Shown one piece after another: positions 48,001-55,451 of a stretch of DNA of 64,000 nucleotides. This DNA comes from Candidatus Moraniibacteriota bacterium (GTDB lineage: Bacteria > Patescibacteriota > Minisyncoccia > Moranbacterales > UBA1568). How positions within the stretch are numbered: the stretch's first letter is position 1; each line of letters begins with the position of its first letter. Made by a program: the position numbers and the translations under genes. The stretch lies in the NCBI GenBank assembly GCA_013334245.1, contig JAAXXZ010000004.1, forward strand, positions 127-64,126, written 5' to 3'. The notes beneath the pieces are model-generated. The model did not search any database, was not told where the DNA came from, and worked only from the letters and a program-made list of their open reading frames with translations.

Positions 48001-49647
48001 TCCGATGTAATGACTACATCGCACCATATTCTGTTGGAAAATTTACTTCCAGATACCTCGTATGTCTTCCGTGTGACGTCCGAAGATAGTGAAGGAGGCA
48101 TATTCAGTATATCAGAGAGTACTTTCCGAACGAGAGCCACGGGAGTGACCTATTGGGAAGACGACTTTCATCGGGCAGACGGATCCGTTTCGAACGGGTG
48201 GGTTTCGGTGAACGGCGCGGTGGGCGAGATCGAAAGCGAGTCACTGCTCCGCTCCGATCAGGATGACTATCGTATTTTGTATCATCAGACGGACGGGGAT
48301 TTGCCTGCGGACTATTTTGTCACCATGACGATACCGAATTTGACCGCCGGCCGTAGCTTTTGGGGACTGGTCGGACGGTATCTGCCACCGGGTGCGGATA
48401 ACGGGACCGGTACGCAGGTGTTTTGGGGCGATCAGGGTCGCGATGTGTTGAACCCGGGCAATCCGTATTGGGATAGCGTCTTGCCGATTACGGTGACGGG
48501 TGGGATTCCGGAAACATGGAACGAAAATCGTGTACATGCGGTCACGCTCGGATATGCCGGCGATGCGGTGACGATTTACCTTGACGGCGAGGCGTATGGA
48601 ACGCTCCAGAATAACACGAATATACAGACAGGGACCGGTATCGGTATCGTCGGTGACGGCCGCGGAACGGCATTCGGCGTGCTTGATGTTCGTGTGACGG
48701 ATTTTCTTCCGGATTATTCGGAACAGGTCGGCGACGAAGCTCCAGAGGTGACTTCTTTTGTCCTTCCTGAGACGTCTAATTCTTTGGTCGTTCCGATTTC
48801 CCTATTTACCGCAACGGACGATATCGGCATCACAGGATACCTGATTACGGAATCGCCGGACAATCCCGCATACGATGATCCGATGTGGAGCGTGTCGGTT
48901 CCTACCATGTTCAATTTTTCAACTGAGGGGGAGAAGACCCTTTATGCGTGGGTGAAGGACGGGTCGGGGTCGATATCGTCTTCTCTGAGCGAAACGGTTA
49001 TCGTGCGGATCGTTGATTCCGTGGCAGATGACGATACGGAAGATGACGGTGAAGAACGCGAGGAAGCGCCCGATGACTTCGAGATATCGAACGTGAAATA
49101 CGGGGTAATTGGTTCGGATAGCGTTCGGATATCGTTTTTGACGAGTAATGAGACGCGGGCGACTATCCGATATGGGACGGAATCGAACCGGTTACATCGG
49201 AAGCGAACCGAAGATCGGAAAGGGAAGCGACACACTGTTATCTTGCGAGATCTTGTCCCTGGAAAACGGTATTTCTTTCGGGTTTCCGCCGAAGACGATT
49301 ATGACCAGGATGATCGGAGCAGGATTCATTCCGTTGAACTCCCATCGCTTTCGAAAGCAGCGCCAGTCGTTTCATCCGCAGTTTCGGTGGGAAAGCCTGT
49401 GAAGATTCCGGTTTCAGTTCCGGGCGACACCCCGGTTTTTCCCGATGTTTTGCCTGAATCCGCGCCGCAGGACCTTGATAGCGAAACGCATAATACAGAG
49501 GATGTTGGTTCGGAAAGTAAAGGAATGGAGTTGACCGATAGAAATGAAAATACGGTGTCATCGTCGCCGGACGATTTGATCCCATCCACCTCGAGTGGAG
49601 CCTCGTCATTTGTCTGGTGGAACCCTTTCACCTGGTTTAAAAAATAA
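45022..49647 (+). CDS. Giant secreted surface protein (three related beta-rich domains, FN3-like domains, LRR-like region)
   Basis: Signal peptide; W.D.F.R..G.V.NGW x3; GL.AGTTYHYRxxS; LxxLxL..N repeats; ends WWNPFTWFKK. Confidence 0.85.
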   Translation: MKINRVVLVPILLGGLFMFSCSASAATLWEDTFDRADGAVGNGWVGTGDTTAEISSNALHRTSSDGYTIYYNPAGGTLPADYYITVTLPNSQIRSHFWGIIGRYLPPGSGMGSGNKIFWTDQGFMSSGVGNAEYENNFSLTMTGGYPESWSLDQDHSVTLHYQDSRVTAYLDGEELGYFTDTTNDQVGTGVGFVGDNGTFRDIRVTDDLPKYLPFGSDAVDPIVSNIFSTTTESDATIVWNTDELTQVTIEYGLTDAYGSSVSTEAWTTNHLMTVSGLSAGTTYHYRIVSNDFAGNVAESSDYILSTIASGDVYWTDDFHREYGAVENGWVGVNSAVGLISNDILERTDEYQYRILYNPAGGALPQNYYLTMFVPQSTLDGTFWGLIGRYFSPGSGMGTGNKVFWMDGGIQSAGVGNAEFENNFSLTVTGGYPESWSQDRVHMVTLGYNGNTVTVYLDGEELGYFTDTTNNQTGTGIGLVGDGGGDFFVLGTKVTQALPVFLAAGAEPDTNPPTLSLISVNPAETTAAVSWTTDEEANSFVEYGLTDTYGNTASSVSMTMSHTLALSGLTAGTTYHYRVASTDASSNTATSEDATFTTDPEGSTPEEVVFHTTGATFSPILTVADGAVIEWTFHDGTTSNSASPTKAYGSTGNRENRLTVTPWSALTEVNIGYDGGDDGTLPNPHLVQQNVTAVDGMEYMAPYLRVWASSQNPIASLDFSDFISLRTIECFLCQQMTSVDLSNTPSLVRANFEDNNLQSLNLSESPALEDLRGANNGYTEIVWGDTGDNVWHICTRDNPQLNVNFPDMSRYPLLEELWIWNDNQTGTLAPTSSALRSVQAFDNHYTAADFSGLFPSGRAAEVNVSGNDLTHLDVSDNPGLMWLYAQDNDLDQATVDAVLHDLATVPNGHNSGVLDLTGNAEPSFSGLDDVSILEARGWTVSVDGDGVPSEPIDILYLNTSAGSTSAIVFWNTTREGTSVIEYGTDTHFGSTVSSDVMTTSHHILLENLLPDTSYVFRVTSEDSEGGIFSISESTFRTRATGVTYWEDDFHRADGSVSNGWVSVNGAVGEIESESLLRSDQDDYRILYHQTDGDLPADYFVTMTIPNLTAGRSFWGLVGRYLPPGADNGTGTQVFWGDQGRDVLNPGNPYWDSVLPITVTGGIPETWNENRVHAVTLGYAGDAVTIYLDGEAYGTLQNNTNIQTGTGIGIVGDGRGTAFGVLDVRVTDFLPDYSEQVGDEAPEVTSFVLPETSNSLVVPISLFTATDDIGITGYLITESPDNPAYDDPMWSVSVPTMFNFSTEGEKTLYAWVKDGSGSISSSLSETVIVRIVDSVADDDTEDDGEEREEAPDDFEISNVKYGVIGSDSVRISFLTSNETRATIRYGTESNRLHRKRTEDRKGKRHTVILRDLVPGKRYFFRVSAEDDYDQDDRSRIHSVELPSLSKAAPVVSSAVSVGKPVKIPVSVPGDTPVFPDVLPESAPQDLDSETHNTEDVGSESKGMELTDRNENTVSSSPDDLIPSTSSGASSFVWWNPFTWFKK

Positions 49648-49697
49648 GGGGAATACGTATGCTGACGATTTTATAGATGATATGTTTTAAATTCGCT

Positions 49698-50240
49698 ATG
49701 AAAACCGAATTCGAAGCCCGGATACTGGAGATCAATGTGGATGCGATCGTGGAGAAACTCGAATCGCTGGGGGCCGAGAAGGTCGCGGAGCGGAAACTGC
49801 GGCGACTCGTCTACGACCTCGAGCCCGGAAACGAGACGTCGTGGATCCGTCTGCGGACGGACGGGACCAAGTCGACCCTGACCGTGAAGGAACACCAAGT
49901 GGAAGGGATCGATGGCATGAAGGAACTGGAGGTCGTCGTGGACGACTTCGATATGGCGAACCTGTTCCTTTCGAAGATCGGCCGGGAGCCGAGGTGGTAC
50001 CAGGAAAACCGTCGGACGAGCTATGTTCTCGACGGTACCGAGATCGAAATCGATTCGTGGCCGCTCATTCCGACGTATCTTGAGATAGAGGGGCGGTCGG
50101 TCGGCGAGGTGGAAGCGATGATCGGGCGACTCGGTTTCTCGCTTGCCGACATGACCACACTCTGTACGAAGGACATCTATTCGAAATACGGCATCGACCT
50201 GCACTCGATCGCGGATCTGCGGTTCGAACAAAACGTTTGA
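49698..50240 (+). CDS. CYTH domain protein
   Basis: EFEAR, WIRLR, TLTVK, EIDSWP, YLEIEG. Confidence 0.88.
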   Translation: MKTEFEARILEINVDAIVEKLESLGAEKVAERKLRRLVYDLEPGNETSWIRLRTDGTKSTLTVKEHQVEGIDGMKELEVVVDDFDMANLFLSKIGREPRWYQENRRTSYVLDGTEIEIDSWPLIPTYLEIEGRSVGEVEAMIGRLGFSLADMTTLCTKDIYSKYGIDLHSIADLRFEQNV

Positions 50241-50243
50241 CGT

Positions 50244-50870
50244 ATGATACGAGCGGTCATCTTCGATGTGGACGGGGTGCTGTTGGATTCTTTCGAGGGG
50301 AATCTGAAGTTTTTCGGAGACCTGCTGGAGCACGCGGGATATCCTGCGCCGACGCGGGAGGAATACGCCACGATGATGCATCTTTCCATGTGGGACGTCA
50401 TAAAGGAACGGACCGGTCTGACGGATGACGGGAGGATCCGCGAGATATACGACATCGGGAAGCGGCGTGAGATTCCGTACCCGCTCGACCTTCTGAATGT
50501 GCCGGACGATATCGGTCCGGTGATCGGTGCCTTGGATGAACGATACCTGCTCGGTGTCGTCACGAGCCGTGTCCGGTCGAGCGTTTTCGAGGCGCCGAAA
50601 CTGGTCGAATTGGAAGGGTATTTCAGGACAACGGTCTCGTACGAGGATACGGACGAGCATAAGCCCGCTCCGGAATCGCTCTTGCTCGCGGCAAAGCTCC
50701 TCGGGGTGGCGCCGGGTGAGTCGGTCTATGTCGGGGATACCGAAAGCGACGTGATTGCGGCGCGGGCAGCGGGAATGAAGATCGTACTCTACTCGAAAAC
50801 GGACCGGTTCGGGGCGGACGCATATGCCCGGACCCTTTCCGATATACCAGCTTTGATCGAGTGCTGGTAG
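50244..50870 (+). CDS. HAD family hydrolase
   Basis: FDVDGVLLDS, KPAPE, VGDTESD. Confidence 0.92.
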   Translation: MIRAVIFDVDGVLLDSFEGNLKFFGDLLEHAGYPAPTREEYATMMHLSMWDVIKERTGLTDDGRIREIYDIGKRREIPYPLDLLNVPDDIGPVIGALDERYLLGVVTSRVRSSVFEAPKLVELEGYFRTTVSYEDTDEHKPAPESLLLAAKLLGVAPGESVYVGDTESDVIAARAAGMKIVLYSKTDRFGADAYARTLSDIPALIECW

Positions 50871-50996
50871 ATGGGGGGTGAAAGAAACCTATCGGGGAAA
50901 TCGTAACACCCATATGATGCCTGCCGTTTCGGTTTGGCGTTGGTGGTGAAAATCCGCCATTAATTCGAAAAAGCCTGTACGCAGGAAAAAAAGCGT

Positions 50997-51707
50997 ATGA
51001 ATACGAAGAAGATATCCGTCGGTATTATTGCGGCGACCCTGACGCTGTCGGCGCCGCTCGTTGCCGTACATGCTTTTTCTCGCGGTGCCGGTATGGGACA
51101 GGGGAATGATCGTGGAGCTGATCGCGGCGCGATGCGAGGCGGATTACCGTTCCGGACATCGGACGAAGCGGTGTCTGCCTGTTCGGGAAAGAGCAAGGAC
51201 GATTCGTGCTCGTTTACTACCACCATGCCCGGGAACAGCGACCAGTCGGTGACGCTCGACGGGACCTGCCAGAATGTGCGGAAGAGTGAGACCGATAGTA
51301 CGGAGACGCTTTCGTGCCTGCCGGAGAAAAAGGGTGTGCGTGATTTCCGCGGAGAGCAAAACGGTGCCGAGCTGACCCGTTTGCAGAAGGCGGAACAGCT
51401 GAAGACGCGAAAGAGCAGGGAGGTCGCCCAGATCGAAACCCGCATCGGGAAACTGATTGATTTTCTCGGGTCGAAGAACGTCGATACGACTGCCCTCGAG
51501 AGTGAACTTTCGACCCTGAAGGCGAAGGGCCAGACACTTCTGGACAAGACGGACGCGTATGTGACGCTCCAGAAGAACAATGGAAGCGATGCCGATGTCG
51601 CCACTGCGCTTGAGGCGGTGAAAGCGGCCGGCAAGGACATGTGGACCTACTTCCATGATACGCTCCGTCCGGATATCAAGAAGGCCATCGACGGACTTCA
51701 CGACTAG
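50997..51707 (+). CDS. Secreted protein with 4-Cys domain and helical C-terminus
   Basis: Signal peptide; ACSGKS..DSCSF...GTC...LSC. Confidence 0.75.
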   Translation: MNTKKISVGIIAATLTLSAPLVAVHAFSRGAGMGQGNDRGADRGAMRGGLPFRTSDEAVSACSGKSKDDSCSFTTTMPGNSDQSVTLDGTCQNVRKSETDSTETLSCLPEKKGVRDFRGEQNGAELTRLQKAEQLKTRKSREVAQIETRIGKLIDFLGSKNVDTTALESELSTLKAKGQTLLDKTDAYVTLQKNNGSDADVATALEAVKAAGKDMWTYFHDTLRPDIKKAIDGLHD

Positions 51708-51749
51708 CGCGACAAAAGTCCGACATATCACCATTTTGTGTAATTCCGT

Positions 51750-52070
51750 ATGAAATTGGAAAAGAAACAGATCGTCATCCTTTCAGTCGGTACGGTTGCC
51801 GTACTGGCATTGGTCGGAGGAGCATGGCTCTTGGTATCTTCCCGGCCGAATACGGTCGCGAAGCTGAACCGGACTGCTGCCGAAAATTCCGCCGGTTTTC
51901 CCGGTGATAGGGGAGCGGGTGATGCCACGGACTCCGCCGACGCGGTACAGGATCCGGTCGCTGCGGCTCTGGACGCTCCGGTTACGGATGTCAAAACCAA
52001 GGCCGAGGCGACGAAGGCGATGGGAGATCTCGACACGCTCGTCGATTCCGCCGGTAACGATACGGAGTAG
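51750..52070 (+). CDS. Single-TM hypothetical protein
   Basis: N-terminal TM; followed by terminator. Confidence 0.65.
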   Translation: MKLEKKQIVILSVGTVAVLALVGGAWLLVSSRPNTVAKLNRTAAENSAGFPGDRGAGDATDSADAVQDPVAAALDAPVTDVKTKAEATKAMGDLDTLVDSAGNDTE

Positions 52071-52085
52071 GGACGGGTTTCGAAG

Positions 52086-52118
52086 GCGGCCCGGACATGA
52101 TCCGGGCCGTTTTTGTTT
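52086..52118 (+). terminator. Intrinsic terminator
   Basis: CGGCCCGGA-catga-TCCGGGCCG-TTTTT. Confidence 0.8.
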
Positions 52119-52311
52119 CGCAAATACCCTTGATAATCTTTCTGTTCCGTGGTATCGTTTAATATGCGCAACCGGGACAGGCCGTTTTCGGCCCGGTCAT
52201 ATGGTTGAACTTTCCGCCATTTGAAAATGACCGAGGGTTTCGGTTTTCTTCCGTACCCGATGCGGATCCCTGCGAATCTACCGACGTATGTGCTTTCTTA
52301 ATGAGATGCGT

Positions 52312-53394
52312 ATGAGGAAATTGCGGATCGCCCTGTTGGCACCGGTCGAAGAACGGGTGCCCCCGCCGAAATACGGTGGGACGGAAGTCGTGGTCTATAA
52401 CCTCGCGCAGCACCTGACCCGGATGGGTCACGAGGTGGTATTGTTCGCCACGGGCGATTCCGTGACCGATGCCACGCTCGTCCCGATATTTCCTGAGCCC
52501 ATCCGGACATTGCCGATATCGCGCAATCCGAAAGTCCGGCAGGTGCTGACGATCACGGGCATCGGACGGATGCTCGGATACCTGTCGCAATACGAGTTCG
52601 ACGTGGTGCATAATCATATCGGGTGGCTGTTTCTGCCGTTCGTGCAGACACTGCGCATGCCGGTCGTGACGACCCTGCATGGGTCGCTCGGCAATCCTGA
52701 CGAATCCGAAATCTACCGGTTGTTCGCGGGGGAGAACTATATAAGTATCAGCGACAAGCAACGGGAGTCGGGGCCGTCGGGGATGAACTATATCGCGAAC
52801 ATCTATAACGGGATAGAGATCCCGAGTTTCACGTTCGTTCCGGAACCGGGCCGCTACCTCGCCTTTCTCGCGCGAATCTCCAACGAGAAGGGAGCGCTTG
52901 AAGCCATACGGATCGCCAAAGCGTCGGGAGAGAGGCTCGTCATGGCGGGTAAGGTCGATCCGGCTGACGCGACCTATTTCGAGGAGCAGATCAAGCCGCT
53001 CATCGACGGCGAACAGATAAGATTCATCGGTGAGATCGGACACAAGGACAAAGTGAAGCTGCTTGGGCACGCGAAAGCGATTCTGTGTCCGATCCAGTGG
53101 GACGAACCGTTCGGTCTGTATTTCATCGAGGCGATGGCGTGTGGTACGCCGGTCATCGCGAACCGGCGAGGATCGGTTCCCGAGGTGATTGTCGACGGGG
53201 TGACCGGATACATCGTCGACTCCGTCGACGAAGCTATCGCCCGGGTCGCGGATATCGGTGATATCGACCGCCTGGCGTGTCGCCGGCACGTGGAAGAACA
53301 TTTTTCCGCCGAGGCCATGGCTGCCGGGTATGTCGCCGCCTACGAGGCAGTTCTGGATTGTCGTCACGAGACCGCGTGTTCCGTAATGTTCTGA
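52312..53394 (+). CDS. Glycosyltransferase family 4
   Basis: VPPPKYGGTE, WDEPFGL..IEAMACGTPV. Confidence 0.93.
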   Translation: MRKLRIALLAPVEERVPPPKYGGTEVVVYNLAQHLTRMGHEVVLFATGDSVTDATLVPIFPEPIRTLPISRNPKVRQVLTITGIGRMLGYLSQYEFDVVHNHIGWLFLPFVQTLRMPVVTTLHGSLGNPDESEIYRLFAGENYISISDKQRESGPSGMNYIANIYNGIEIPSFTFVPEPGRYLAFLARISNEKGALEAIRIAKASGERLVMAGKVDPADATYFEEQIKPLIDGEQIRFIGEIGHKDKVKLLGHAKAILCPIQWDEPFGLYFIEAMACGTPVIANRRGSVPEVIVDGVTGYIVDSVDEAIARVADIGDIDRLACRRHVEEHFSAEAMAAGYVAAYEAVLDCRHETACSVMF

Positions 53395-53466
53395 TCGGCC
53401 CGCTTTACAATAGGCGGTTCTTGCGGGAAAATTGTCGATGGGCGAAGTAATTTTGTTGAAAAGCAT

Positions 53467-53967
53467 ATGGCATCTCATGAAGACCTGATGGCGGCGTTCG
53501 CGGGCGAAAGCCAGGCGAACCGTAAGTACCTCGCGTTCGCGAAGAAGGCGGAAGCCGAAGGCTATCCGGCCGTGGCGAAGCTTTTCCGTGCGGCGGCCGA
53601 GGCCGAGACGGTACACGCGCACGCGCATCTTGCCGCGGCCGGCGGCGTGCAGGATACCGCCGCGAATCTCGAGGCGGCGATTGCAGGGGAACAGTACGAG
53701 TTCACGGATATGTATCCGGGGTTCATCGCGACTGCCGAGGCGGAGGGGAACGTGGCGGCACTCAAGTCTTTCAGGAACGCCGATGCGGTCGAGCACGAGC
53801 ACTACGAGCTCTATCGACAGGCACTCGAGGCAATCAAGGCCGGGCACGATATCGAGGACCTTGCGATCTACGTCTGTCCTGTCTGCGGGCATACCGAGGT
53901 CGGCGTCCGGTCGGAGAAGTGTCCGATTTGCGGCGTCCCGGGAAGCACGTTCATCGAGGTGAAGTAA
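53467..53967 (+). CDS. rbr: Rubrerythrin
   Basis: AFAGESQA, E..HA, GE.YE..MY, CPVCG/CPICG. Confidence 0.95.
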   Translation: MASHEDLMAAFAGESQANRKYLAFAKKAEAEGYPAVAKLFRAAAEAETVHAHAHLAAAGGVQDTAANLEAAIAGEQYEFTDMYPGFIATAEAEGNVAALKSFRNADAVEHEHYELYRQALEAIKAGHDIEDLAIYVCPVCGHTEVGVRSEKCPICGVPGSTFIEVK

Positions 53968-53994
53968 TCTCGCAGATTTCTTTGGAAAAGCGAA

Positions 53995-54024
53995 AAGCCA
54001 TGAAGGTGCGCCTTCATGGCTTTC
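53995..54024 (+). terminator. Strong hairpin after rubrerythrin
   Basis: AAAGCCATGAAGG-tgcg-CCTTCATGGCTTT. Confidence 0.7.
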
Positions 54025-54502
54025 GTGATTGCTGGGATAGTTTTGGGTCACTTGTTTCCGGGAAGTCGCACGCTTTTGTACTGCACGTTTCGCACATACT
54101 TCGATCCGGAACAGAGGATATGGTGGAGAAGGACTATGAGTCCTACTCCGAACAGGGTCCATTTTTTCATGATCAGAGATGGTTGCGTTAAAGAAAAGAG
54201 GGACAATCAGGCGAAAGAGAGGATATCACGCTCTGCAGATGTGTCAAAGATTTCGACGTATGAGGTAAGGAGATGATCGGCTCATATATGCGTGCGCTTC
54301 TTTTTCGGCCGGAACGGACATCCCGCTCGGGATACCGCTGTTCGCTTTACAATAGTGTCCGGGGAGAGGAAAATGAAGCAGGAAATCATGGCGGAAATTC
54401 ATGGCTATACGCCCGCTACATGTTGCCGATGCCATCACAGGAGTGACGCGAGCGGACGGCCGTCCATTCGCGTCACCTGATTGAATGATAATGGAGGGAA
54501 AT

Positions 54503-55081
54503 ATGAAACGACTGGGACCGGTGCAGGAAAAGACGCTTCTCATCCTTCTTGGTGTCATCGCGCTTGGGGGTTCGCGCACGATCGTGCGGCAGGCCAGGCT
54601 GGTTTCGGAGCTCCGAAAGGAATGGAAAAAGATCGACCGGAGGAGCGTCGCGCGTTCGCTGAGGCGCCTTTCCGAGGAGAAGCTCATTTCCGAGAAGGTC
54701 TTGCCGGATGAGACCGTCCATTTCGCGCTCACCTCGGAAGGGCGTCGGAAAGCGAGTTTTCTGAACCTGTTCGGTTCGGCCATCACATTCAGGAAGCCGA
54801 AAAAATGGGATGGAAAATGGCGGGTTGTCGCGTTCGATATTCCCGAGAAGAGCCGGTCATTCCGCCGCATCTTGCGCGAGCATCTTCATGAAGCGGAATT
54901 CTATCAGTTGCAGCAAAGCGTGTTCGTATCGCCATATCCTTTCGAGGAGCCGTTTGCGAAGCTCGTGCGGCTGTATGATGCCGAGCCGTACGTCAGGATC
55001 ATGACGGTTTCCTGGATGGATGACGAACTGAAATTGAGGCGCATATTTTTCGGACGTCGCAGGAATCCTTCGAAAGGGTGA
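54503..55081 (+). CDS. PaaX-like regulator with Cas2-like central domain
   Basis: LTSEG wing, KWDGKWRVVAFDIPE, FYQLQQSVFVSPY. Confidence 0.85.
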   Translation: MKRLGPVQEKTLLILLGVIALGGSRTIVRQARLVSELRKEWKKIDRRSVARSLRRLSEEKLISEKVLPDETVHFALTSEGRRKASFLNLFGSAITFRKPKKWDGKWRVVAFDIPEKSRSFRRILREHLHEAEFYQLQQSVFVSPYPFEEPFAKLVRLYDAEPYVRIMTVSWMDDELKLRRIFFGRRRNPSKG

Positions 55082-55236
55082 CGTGAGCGGACGGTCGTCA
55101 TTTCGCGCCACACTTTTGAGAAGAGTGTGATTTTTCGAATACGGATACCCGCTTTACAATAGGGTAATTGGGGAGTAGAAAGGGGGTGAAAGGGGTGGGG
55201 ATGAAGGCATCCGATCTCGTTTTGGGTTAGGGCTGC

Positions 55237-55391
55237 TCATCGAGGTCGAGCGATTGTCGGACGCAGAAAACGACGAAGCGGTCCAGGAAGACCTGAAAGC
55301 CTTTCTCCTGTCACTCGGCATCGGCAAAATGGACATCGTCACCAAGGGCTACGATACGCTTTTGTATGAGGCGGGAAAATTCGCTTGTTAA
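55237..55391 (+). pseudogene. 3' remnant of CYTH gene (copy of the 3' end of 58576-59124)
   Basis: 55237-55370 aligns without gaps to 58973-59106. Confidence 0.88.
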
Positions 55392-55451
55392 AGGAGTTGG
55401 AGGGGAGGAAAACAGGGGTGTAGGTCTATCGTGATGCTTTCTTCATTGACT

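Noticed and set aside
54503-55081. True cas2 gene
   Set aside because: It has an N-terminal wHTH as in PaaX-like proteins, with no array or other cas genes.
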